A stretch of 64,000 nucleotides of DNA, from NCBI GenBank assembly GCA_965235115.1, contig OZ249445.1, positions 6,944,001-7,008,000 on the forward strand, in the 5' to 3' direction. The DNA is from Laetmonice hystrix. Its lineage: Eukaryota. The number at the start of each line of letters is the position of its first letter. The first letter of the stretch is position 1. A model generated the notes under the pieces. That model made no database searches. It saw nothing but the letters and a program-made list of their open reading frames with translations, and was not told the DNA's origin. The position numbers were made by a program, and so were the translations under genes. Shown one piece after another: positions 35,865 through 46,944 of this stretch.

Positions 35865-38206
35865 CTTCAGTTGGAATAAATCATAACGAAAATACTATTA
35901 AAGCTAGAACTGCGCGCAGCCTATAGGCCAAAGTACACATTTGATACGACCTATACCGTGCGTTTTATCGACCATTATATACGATTAATGCCATATCAGG
36001 GATAAAGAGAATTAAGTCTCGACCACAAAATATTCTAAAAACCTACATCATTATGTGACAGGTTGTCAGTATAACAACAAGGAATGCGATGGTCCAACAT
36101 TGTACTTCTATACAAAATTCACTGCATGTACATCGCCCCTCCCCATGAGTGAAAGAGATTATGAACGTTTTATGTCCTGCGTTGTCAGCCCGGCCCTTCT
36201 AGTTTCTTCCACTCCGATACAACATGCATGCATGGTTGCTACCGTGCAATATGATCAGATAAAAAAATCATTTCCCTTTCTAACAATAGAATGAAACGCG
36301 TATATATCATAATTATTAGGTGATTTATATATGTATCTAAAGTAAATTGCAGGCCTATGTAGCTCTCGCTCAGACATGTTCCATGTCCATAATCGTAGGC
36401 TATGTATAGACTTGTGTTGTGTATATACGCCTTCCTCGAAAAGACAGTCGAAGAACATGAAATTAGTTATTTGAATGCCATTGACTATTAAATTCACGCT
36501 TACCGTGGATAGTCGATGCTGCAGGCAGGCCCCCATACGTTACGGCGTATAGTCCGTTACATATACCGATTTGTTCGCATGGCCTCAACCTATAAATGCC
36601 CGATTCCTGCCAAGATGAAAACACGATTCGTGACTACAGGTTTCTATGTACATTTTCTACCTTCATGCATGGTTGAAGCGCTACATGATGCATGCATCCC
36701 CAGGGTTGCAGGACAGGCCAATAACAGACAAACAGGTATATAGGACCACTTAGGACTGTACGTTTAGTGGAAGTAGTGACTAGTAAGGTAGCTAAGAACT
36801 AGGAAGTCGTTCTGTGAGAGAAATTCTGCTCTGTGTGACCTCCTATTCACGGTACGACTGTCCTTGTCAAGGTACTTGGCGAGGAGGTAACAATTGGCAA
36901 GACGAGCACGTGGAACTTGAACGAAACTTGAGAACGTACACAATTTTTGGCGAATGTAGGACATTTGGGCCACGGACGTTTTGGGCCATGAACCTGCAAA
37001 CCTAACACTAACCCTAACCTTAACCCTAACCCTAAACACTTGGCCAAAATGTCCTAGGTTGCAGGTTCGGGCCCAATTGTCCGTGCACCATTTTGGGCAC
37101 AATCAGCCTTGAGACAATACTGTATGCTAGCCTTCGATGCATGCGGCTTTATTAAGAACGGTGCAAAAATAATGTCAATCGAATGAACAATGATGGAAAG
37201 GTAACAATTAACTAACAAATTAAGTTCGATTTTAATCTTGCCCGAACTTAGAACATTCCTGTCGCAATATAGGCGTTGTTGCATTCCTGAATGACAGACA
37301 GGCTTAAATCCCAAACCTGCCTGCATGCATGGCGAATTATCTATACGACTACTAGATTACGGTAGCCTAAACACCAACTGTTCCCCGGACTCCACACGGT
37401 TCACAGTAAGGTCGGGGAGATTTAGACCAACAAAAAATACTCGCCATTCCGAGAATTCTTGGCAGTGGATTCAGCTGATTTAACCAGCTTACTATACCAT
37501 ACATACTGCATGGTTAAGATAAACAGGCTCGGCGACAGTCATTGATCCGTATTGGCAGGGAGGTTGGCTGAAACTACACCATCCTGGACGGGGGTGTTTA
37601 GCGGACAGCAGATGGATGTCGCTGATGGACGGTGGGAGTGTTTGTCGAAGGAAAGAGATGTGGGGCTATCACGGGGACTTCCGCCTAAACTTTTGGCTCA
37701 TATTTAAACAAAGTTAAATACCGTTTGTACAGTAACATATACAACGCTACAAAAAGTGCCTTCAGACACGTCGCCGATATGGTTTCTTTGTACATTTGTA
37801 GATAGAAACTTTAATCTATCATTTCCTTTACTCTATCATACGTTCCCACAATGTTTTTTTCATGGCAAGTTCCGAGTTGGGAGAAGACTAGAGGATGTCA
37901 AGGAAGGTAAAAGGAGAATGGCCGTATTGGGGGGGGGGGGGGGGGGGGGGGGGGAGGGGGAGGGGCAGAGACAGCGAGTGACAGACAGGTGATTCTAGTC
38001 CTTTGTCCTATGGTGAATGACCACAAATAAACAAGTATCGCAAATATTATCGATTTAAGGTTATACCCAAGTAGCCGACATATTATGTATGTACATGTAG
38101 GCCTATAGGCCTACTATAGTTCTCAACTGTGTAAATATATCGGTAAAACTCCTGATGTCCATGAGACTATAGACACAGGCGTCTCCGTCCAAACATGTTA
38201 CTCGCC

Positions 38207-38213
38207 TATAAAA
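38207..38213 (+). promoter_or_regulatory. TATA box of the secreted Pro/His-rich gene
   Basis: cc-TATAAAA-gc about 60 bp upstream of ATG 38271. Confidence 0.55.
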
Positions 38214-38270
38214 GCGCCCGTTTGAGGACTGATAGACAGGAATCTCTGAGGAATTCCCTGAACATCAACC

Positions 38271-39503
38271 ATGTGGATCTCTTGGACTCTGTTGGCGGCC
38301 TTCCTGGTCGGAGCCCACGCGGCCAGCACGCCAGGCCCATCAACTATACGAACGGAGAAACCGTCAGGCAGGCCATCCCCGTCTTGGAAGCCATCCCCGT
38401 CTTGGGAGCCATCCCCGTCCTGGAGGCCACCCCCGTCCATGAGGCCACTCCCGACCGGGAAGCCACACCCGCCCATCGAGCCAGGCCCCCCGCCAATCGT
38501 CTTCCTCTTGCTACATAAACTACATGGTACGTATAGATCTACGCCTCAATCGACCGTATTCATGCAGTCAGATATGCTCAATCGACCGTATTCATGCAGT
38601 CAGATATGCTCAATCGACCGTATTCATGCAGTCAGATATGCTCAATCGACCGTATTCATGCAGTCAGATATGCTCAATCGACCGTATTCATGCAGGTAGA
38701 TATGTTTACGTCGTCTAACGGCCCTATTTGTACGTTGCGTGTCGACCAAGAACCTATATGGGCCTGAACGTTTTGCCAGGCCTCTTGCGACTTCGGAGAC
38801 CTGTACTTATAAAATATAAATAAAACGTTTCGATATTGTGAGGATAATGTGAATAAAAACCTATATTACGACATATACACGACAGAGCTCTCGGAGATGC
38901 TGAAACACCACGGGCACGAAATGCATCCTGTCAACTGTGTCTTCTCACCAGTGTTCGCCCCAGGAGGAGGAGGACCCAAACCGTATGTATTTGGTCTCAC
39001 AATCCATTCTCAGAGCATAGTTACAGATAGTCATGTTCCGAACGATTCAATATACAGTGGTGCTATAGCCTGACAGTGCTCCTGCCGGTGAATCACCAAT
39101 GTCCATGTACAGAGTCGCTATAGCAGGGCATAGAAGGAGGGAAGGAGTAGAATCTACGTTTATGAATTTAGAACCATCGTTGATGAAACGAACTGACTAC
39201 CCAAGTATCTATAGGTCTAACATCCATTGTTTTTCCGTCAGGCCTATGTTCATGCACGGTCCACATCATGGACCAGGTCCTCACGGTCCTCACGGTCCTC
39301 ACGGTCCTCCCGGTTTTCCCGGTCCTGTTGGTCCTGCCGGTCCTGCTGGTCCTCCAGGTCCTCCCGGTCCTCACCATCATCACCATCATCACGATCACGG
39401 TGATAGCGGGGAATCTGACTGGGAGGAAAACGATGTCGACAATTCGTTTGACAGCGACAGTTTGGATGACGGCGACAACTACGAATCGGCCAGTTCCGAG
39501 TAA
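38271..39503 (+). CDS. Secreted Pro/Trp-, His-, collagen-like and acidic low-complexity protein; 3 exons (38271-38526, 38952-38982, 39242-39503), 182 aa
   Basis: Signal peptide MWISWTLLAAFLVGAHA. Phase 1 and phase 2 GT-AG introns bridged by a 31-nt exon put exon 3 in the GPHGPHGPH frame (549 nt total). TATA upstream, AATAAA at 39602. Confidence 0.8.
38545..38704. repeat. 32-bp minisatellite, 5 copies, intronic
   Basis: ctcaatcgaccgtattcatgcagtcagatatg repeated at 38545, 38577, 38609, 38641 and 38673 (last copy slightly variant). Confidence 0.95.
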
Positions 39504-40835
39504 GCCGTGGTTATCGTGTCGATGGACCGCTGACACATGCTTCCCTTCCTCCTCACCACCTTCTCTCGACATCAAGGCGCACGACGTTATCAAAGTTCTG
39601 CAATAAATGAAATATCCTTTCGAGGAAACCACTGCTGTCATATTATTTTTCCTCCGCCTTTTTTATATTCCAATCCATGGGCCTACATATAAAGCAGAAA
39701 CACTTTCTGTGTCGGGCGAAATTGACTAGAATCTCCAGACTTATGCATGCTTATCTCCTCACTATTGAAGTACTTTACGGCACTAAATGCTTATGACATT
39801 GATTCTGTTAACACAATGCTAGATGAGTAGAAAGCATGCACAGATAGGCCTATCCTCTCTGCTGCACATGGCGCAGGAAACGCAGAAACTTAAAGTGAAG
39901 GTAGACAAAATCATTTTAGCATCGACATTCTTAAAACACATTTTGTATACTACTTGCGTATATTTCCTAGTTAAAGGCCGGGATTCGTTTCCACCAGGCA
40001 GCCCTGGTCAAACCCATCGTCAGACGGATTTCGGCCCAACCCATCATCAGGCTGATTCTTGAGCAGCAGATCGTCCTGCGACCTGGACCTGGCCAACCCC
40101 ATCATCAGGCGGATCCGGCGGCCCAGGCGTATACCGCCGAACTAGGAAAAGACCCGGAGTTTAGCAGCCATCCTCGACCAGATACGGCTCCAGTCGGCTC
40201 GTGAAACAAGTATCTTCTGGTGGGCATACATCTACAAAAGAGAGTGGTTAATGAGAAGGCATGCAGAAAACTGAATAAAAGTTTCTTTTAAAGGAGGTCT
40301 TTTGGGGGTTTTGTCAACAATATATCTAATATTCATTAGATTAATAACAATAAAATTACAAATATACATATAGTCTACACTCACACCTATCACCCACTCA
40401 TAAATTTGGGATTTCTTCCATAAATTTGTAAAGGATTAGAGTGTTCGACGGAAGGTCTGTCTGTGGACACAAAACTCTATAATCATTAATGGGATGACAT
40501 CAGAGAAAGCATGATCTATGGGAATAACGATTACAATACACACACAAAGTACACGTCCGTTTCCATTACGCTAAAACGTACGCCATCATTGAGAACGGCT
40601 TTCTGTGTGCCAAGTCCGTATGCATTTCTTTTAGCCAAACGAGAGATGCCATTACTGGGAATTGGAGCCTATGTTTACCTAATTCATGCATTCCTATATA
40701 AAAGTTCATCAGGTCTTTGACGCTGGTGTGGCAGGCGGGAGCATCACAACCAGACTTCTATAGTTTAGAACTGAAACCAGCGAGAGGCAGATTGCAAGGT
40801 AGCGTGGGTACCTAAGGTATCATAGCAATTAAGCA

Positions 40836-43124
40836 ATGGTCATCTCAGAGATTGTAAGCAAAGCGTCGACGCCAACTTCACCAAATGAACGTCCGACTAC
40901 CAAGCCGGCACCTTCCCCGTTACTTCCCATCCTTTACGTCATGGCAGCTTTCGGCATGTTTAATTTCTGCGACTGGCGGAACAGACGGAACACTTTCTGC
41001 AACATCATCATTCGCGTCACCGTCTTCGTGTTCTTTCTCACGTCGTTTGTCATGACTGTGGCGTTGGAATCAGATTGGACGAGTCGTGCTGGGGTTCAAG
41101 TAGTCTGCGTGCTAACACAACTAATGTCCATCTATTACGTCGTCTTCATGTTCGCCATGTGTATCAGAAAAAAACGCGTCATCTCTCTCCTTGCACGAAT
41201 GTCCTCTGGCTCCTCAACATTAGAGGGCCAAGGCTGCAAAGGATATGTGTGCAACACGAAGGCGGCTTGGGCAACAGCACTGTGCGTTTTAATAACATAT
41301 GTCTTACTTATTCTCCCCGTGGCTGGCTTGGGGTTCTACTTGACCTCTCAGTTCACTTTTCCACATGACATCTCTCTCGGAAATGTCAGTTCGCAGCCCA
41401 CAGAACGCCTCTCGGATACGTCCGGTATTCACATCTGTGTGCACGTGTCAGTCACGGTGGGCGTCCTTATGAACATCGTCATCACGTGTTTCTTTGTCTC
41501 TCTGTGCGGCCTCATCTTCCTCGAGCTCCGCCATCATCGACGCCACCTTCAGGGCAAACCAGGAACCTCGCATTCAGGGGACCTCTCCTTGGAGAGCAAG
41601 ATAGGAAGAGCAGAGGCGATCGTCGACCTCCTCACGTCTGCTGACGATTGTTTCGGGTGGTTCCTTGTATTTCATCTTGGATTCTCGGTTCTGATACCAT
41701 CACTGCTTATGTTTAGTCTCAGCTCAGTAGGACCTTGGACACTGACATGCGTACTGGCAGTCACATGGCTCACTACCTTTTTTGCAGCGTCCTTCAACAA
41801 CCTTCAGGTATAGGCATTCGCCGCCGAGTGATATTATAAAGAAATTGTAAACTATTTTGTTTATAAAGGTAGGCCCTAGGCTTATACGTCAAATGTAATG
41901 TCTTTCCACCTCAGATTTCTACCAAGAGTATTGGAGTTTCCATTAATTGTTCTACTGGCCCGGGATATTTAGTTTATCCCCTAAAGCTATATACAGATAG
42001 ATAGATAATTCCTTTATTTCAGAGAGGTATACCTCAGGCTGTCATGACAATGCTGTGATCATGGTAATTTGATCTGCGTATAGGTGATGTACATGGCTGA
42101 TGACCTTTGTGACGCACGAAGATGTCCAATGCTGAGATCGAAGCTCCTTTTACACGTAAGGGTCGTCTCTGTGGAGAGACAGTACCTATCAGCTTTGCTG
42201 GTATGGGATTGCGTTAAAGGTGCTATTCGTGAACAAAAATTCAATTTTTTTATTTTTTATTTTGTTGACGTTTATGTGATCCCACCTATCATGGAAATAG
42301 ATTCACAACAAAGGAAATCAAAATTTTTCATGGATAACGGCACAAATGGGGCTCTCTCAGAAGGCCTGTGGAGACCCTGACACGCCCCACCATAGGAAAT
42401 GGCTCTATCTCGGTGCGCACCGAGATAGGTTTCAAATGCTGCACACAAACTAATAGAAGGTTTATCAGGCCAATGGTATCGGTAGGAATTGTTTCTAGTA
42501 CTATGTGCACAATGTATGATAGGAGAAATGCCATTCTGTGCGAGACGAATAGCACCTTTAAAGAATGTATGTTTAGCACACGCTGTGAAACTAAACGTGC
42601 AATTATTCAAGTATAAAGCATTCTGCAGTGCTATGCCGTATGCCCTCGCCGTACAGCCGGGCACATTATCACGGCATAACACCGTCTCGACCTCGCACTG
42701 TCACATCCCCTAAGTATCTAAAGTAAATACATTAAGGCGTGTCAATTGAGGAAGACGCGACTTGTTTATTATTAGGTGGTCCTAATCTTGACGACAATTC
42801 GGTACCAAAATGTTGGTTTCCGGGCCGGCCGTATCCATCTATTACATCCAATCTACAGTCTGGCAGTAAGTGATCGCTTTGTTCTCCTTAAGTCAGTACA
42901 GTATACTAGTGAATGCCCATGAATGTTTCAACAAATATATCCCTCAAGGTTAGACCTTTAATTTGACGTGGTGAAACGCCAGCCAGAAATAAAAAATCTT
43001 TTTAATCGTGACTTTATACGTTTTCATAACATTTCAGAAATTCTCTGCGGCCATCGCTCTTCTGTTTATGTCGTTCCACCGTAGAGGGGCGATACGGGCG
43101 ATGGTAGAAAACCATTTTACCTAG
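40836..43124 (+). CDS. Gustatory receptor-like (GRL/7TMIC) gene A; exons 40836-41807, 42084-42155, 42776-42865, 43038-43124; 406 aa
   Basis: Long multi-TM first exon (PILYVMAAFGMFNF ... TCFFVSLCGLIFLELRHH) plus three short 3' exons separated by phase-0 introns; VGFRAGRIHLL resembles the GR TM7a segment. Confidence 0.75.
42218..42557. mobile_element. Kolobok-like MITE in GRL-A intron 2
   Basis: TTAA|AGGTGCTATTCGT ... ACGAATAGCACCT|TTAA: perfect 13-bp TIR starting with RR and a TTAA TSD. Confidence 0.8.
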
Positions 43125-43202
43125 ATGCGAGCTGTAACGGAAATCATCAGTACCAAAGTGGTCTACAGCAACATCAGATTGATTCTGGTTGTTCGTTTCC
43201 CC

Positions 43203-43377
43203 CAGGGCCTGGTTTCAGAAAGGTTAGCATGATCTTAACTTAAGCTCTGCTTAGCCTTTTAGGACCCCTGATTGGCTGGTCCTCTGCTGCTCAGCATCAA
43301 CCAGCCAATCAGGGGTCCTAAAAGGCTAAGCAGAGCTTAAGTTAAGATCATGCTAACCTTTCTGAAACCCGGCCCTG
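43203..43377. mobile_element. Fold-back palindromic MITE (Harbinger-like)
   Basis: 78-bp arms (1 mismatch) around a 19-nt spacer; termini CAG|GGCC...GGCC|CTG, similar to the 17979 element. Confidence 0.85.
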
Positions 43378-43872
43378 AGCACTGACGAACCAGGACGTTA
43401 TGGTTGGAGGGTGGACGTTTTAGACAATGGATCATTCGATACACATTTGCTGTGCATATATTTGTTTCACTTAGCTAAAGTGCTGGACAATTATTTGCAC
43501 GTCATGGATTTTTGATGAACATTACAATTTCAGAAATTGTTTTTGAGACTGCATGCGATGACGACGGGATTGTTTGTACGATTGAAGGGATGTAGTAAAT
43601 AAATCCACACACTTCAAAATAATGAATGACAGTAGCCTTGGCTATGCCAACTAAAAGCAGCCTGGGAGGTCATCCGCTGTTGTGAATTTATTTTTTCTGA
43701 AGGTCACCATGACCCCCAGTGCTCTTGAACATCCCCCTTGGCAACCAAATTTCCTTTTCCCCCCGATAGAACCTTCTGAATTGGCCATGCTGAGCCACAC
43801 CACTCCCTTAGTAAAATTTAAATTGTACTCCTAAACCCCCCTCCCTTTACAAAAGTCCTGGACCCGCCCCTG

Positions 43873-44045
43873 NNNNNNNNNNNNNNNNNNNNNNNNNNNN
43901 NNNNNNNNNNNNNNNNNNNNNNNNNNNNNNNNNNNNNNNNNNNNNNNNNNNNNNNNNNNNNNNNNNNNNNNNNNNNNNNNNNNNNNNNNNNNNNNNNNNN
44001 NNNNNNNNNNNNNNNNNNNNNNNNNNNNNNNNNNNNNNNNNNNNN
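43873..44045. other. Assembly gap (173 N)
   Basis: Run of N, preceded by the right end of a CAGGGGCGGGTCC-type repeat. Confidence 0.99.
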
Positions 44046-44351
44046 TCATTGGCCGACATGGCACTTCAATAATTACCGCAGTTCTATATAATGAACCGTA
44101 CACCGACCTGCATTTCCAATAATGCGTAAATACTATATGTACATCACCATATAGCAGCACACAAAGTTATGGAGGTACAAACGGTGGATACGATTATGAG
44201 CCAATTTGTTGACAATTGGTCTATCACTGCTATATACGCAGGATTAATACGTTATTGCGGTGTTTAGACAGCCTCCCGGGACGTTAGGAACGGACAAGGT
44301 TGAAAACCAACAAAAGCAATTTAGTGATAGCACCAAATCGTGCAGAATTTC

Positions 44352-45907
44352 ATGGATACAATGTCAACTTCAGAACGAGTGATGGAGACGTCTTGGAAAA
44401 TGCTCAAGGCGGAACGCACCGGCATTAGACGGACGCCAAGTCTGTTACGTCCTATCGTCCACGTCATGGCATTCTTTGGCATGTTCAACTTTCGGCACGG
44501 AGGCTGTGGTCGGTGGGCGGTTCGGGTCTCCATATTGTATCAGCTTGCCTATCTGATATTTTTCATGGGATCTTTTGTACTTCTTGTGATTTTCTTTGAT
44601 ACCAAGGAGGACCCTGTGACTACGCTAGTTGGGACGATGTACGGAATGACCCAGCTGACATGTACCTATTACATCGGATTCACACTGTCGACCTGCGTAA
44701 GGAAGAAGGGTGTGACAGTTCTTCTACACAGAGTATACTCCGGGTTTCATAGTTTACGAGTTCGTGATGGTAAAGGTTGTGTTTGTAACACAAAGAAGGC
44801 TTGGGCGACGGTGATATGTATCTTAGTAGTCCATGGTCTAGTTACGTTTGCTGTGGCGGGGGGTGGATTCTTTATGACGGGTGTAGATTATATGGCGACA
44901 AGCCGTGCTTCATACGCCATTATTCACGTGTCTGTCACAGTTGGGGTCACCATGAACATTGTCATCACCTGTTTCTTTGTCTCTGTATGCGGCCTGATCT
45001 ACTGCGAGGTCCACCATCATCGACGTCACATCCAGGGCAAAAACAAAACCCTCCATTCAGAGGGAGAAACTCTGGATACACATATTCAGAGAGCAGAGGC
45101 GGTGGTGGACATCCTCACAACCGCAGACGATGTCTTTGATTGGTTCCTCTTTTTTCACTTTGGGTTCTCGATATTTATCATTGCTGCTTTGCTGAGTTTC
45201 TGCATAAACTTCAGCCCAGCTGTTCCTCAAGATTCTATGTTGTGGATACTGGTGCCAGTCTTCACCATAACAGGCCTGGCTTCCTTCTTCGCTGCCGGGA
45301 TTAACAATTGGCAGGTGAGACTTTGTATTAACTGACCGACAGACGCATTTATATAATCACGAATTACGAAAATAGAAAAAAAGCTTCCTTGTGGCTTTAT
45401 AAAATGTTTTATTGGATTTCACCGTCCTTCGGTACCAATCAATTATACAGGTCCTTGAACTGACAGATGACCTGTGCGACACCCGCGATAGCAACAGGGC
45501 GACCTCCAAGCTGCTTCTGAAGGTACGACTCTGCTGGGATAACAAAAAATTCAGTCTTTTCAAATTTTTCATACTGGACTGAGTCGAAGGATAGAGACGA
45601 TAAGATAAAGGACTGTTTTCAGATGGTCCTTATCCTGACGAAAATCAGAGACAAGAATGTCGGCTTCCACATTGGTTGCTTCCATTTTATCCATCCATTC
45701 TACAGTTTGGCGGTATGTATACCTGTATACCTTGAACAATATTTACGATATAGTTATGGTATTCAGAAGGTGACCAATTATCTGAAATTACTTCTGTCTC
45801 TACAAATCATGGTTGGTGGTCTCATGAATCGCTCACAGACTCAAAAACATTCACCACAAACGGAAGGAGCTGTACGCAATGTGCCTTTCGTAAAACGAAA
45901 TGGCTAA
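44352..45907 (+). CDS. GRL gene B; exons 44352-45314, 45451-45522, 45623-45712, 45767-45907; ~421 aa
   Basis: Paralog of gene A with the same 72- and 90-nt internal exons and phase-0 introns. Start could also be ATG 44361; last exon less certain. Confidence 0.75.
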
Positions 45908-46944
45908 TATTAATGAATTTTATGAATGTTTTCTGTGACTGTATATGAACAGAAATCTAACGTATTATGCATCACTTTTCAGTTCCTTGGCATTGGATTC
46001 AGCGCTCCCAATCTTATGCTTCCTGAGCAATATTCTGTTAAAAATATGTTAAATTCGACGACAGCGTCAATGTAAGGCCATGTCTTCCAGAGGGAGAGAA
46101 TGGAACATCTGAGGCTGGATGACGAATGGTGGAATTCGAAGTGGATTATTATTATATCATCTGGGTTACCTTGTGTAAGAACAGAAAATCTACATGTGCA
46201 CGCATACATGTCAGGAAATCAAATATGTGGCTAATTGCTGCAGCTGTGGGTGAAATAGTGTTCGTGGTGCAGTCGTGTTACACACGTAATCACATTTATA
46301 TCGGCTTTTTTTTCAACAAAGTGGCGGTCGATGCACATTTGGCGATGCTCCCTGGCTCATAATATACCCTAGGCCTCTATATAATTCCAAGAGCAGAGCT
46401 CCACTTAGGCCTGATGTCATTATAGATGTGGGGCAATGGAAACATGCGGGCAAAATGAGCCCAAATAACCCAGGACACCAGAGCTCTAGCTTTCGGGGGA
46501 AGCGCTGCATCATTATGTTTATTGTCTCCCTGGACAACGGCAGTAGCTGACAGCGGAGGGAGCCAGTAAAGGCAGTTAGTGTCTGCCGTTGTTAACCATT
46601 AGCCGATCTGAGTGAAATGACAGCTATAGGACTACGTAGGACAAAATATATACGGAAATAATAAATTGTGTCATCCTCTCATAATGAATAATTAAGGGAG
46701 GTGGCATTATCGTAGCAAAGAACCGAGTAGAAAGTAATGCATGTTTGGGGAATGAGCCGGATGCTGCACGCTCTCTGTGGGGATGTCACTGGTAGATCAC
46801 ACATAAGTGCTGCCATTCTGGCCATCCGTCCATTAGTCCACGGTGACGGACTGATGACTTGTTGAGGTAGGTCGACTCGGCCACCACACGTGCCAACAGA
46901 GCAACACCAGCATTGGGCAGGATTTCAAAATTACGTCTGTGAAA

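Noticed and set aside
36995-37035. TTAGGG-like run as telomeric sequence (also ~7910-7950)
   Set aside because: Short, degenerate and embedded in repeat-like DNA; not a true telomeric array.
38545-38704. Regular 32-bp repeats as a CRISPR array
   Set aside because: No spacers; contiguous tandem units in a eukaryotic intron.
39268-39606. Hydrophobic ORF MDQVLTVLTVL... and antisense 39168-39641
   Set aside because: Shadow frames of the Gly-Pro-X repeat; the 31-nt exon selects the GPH frame.
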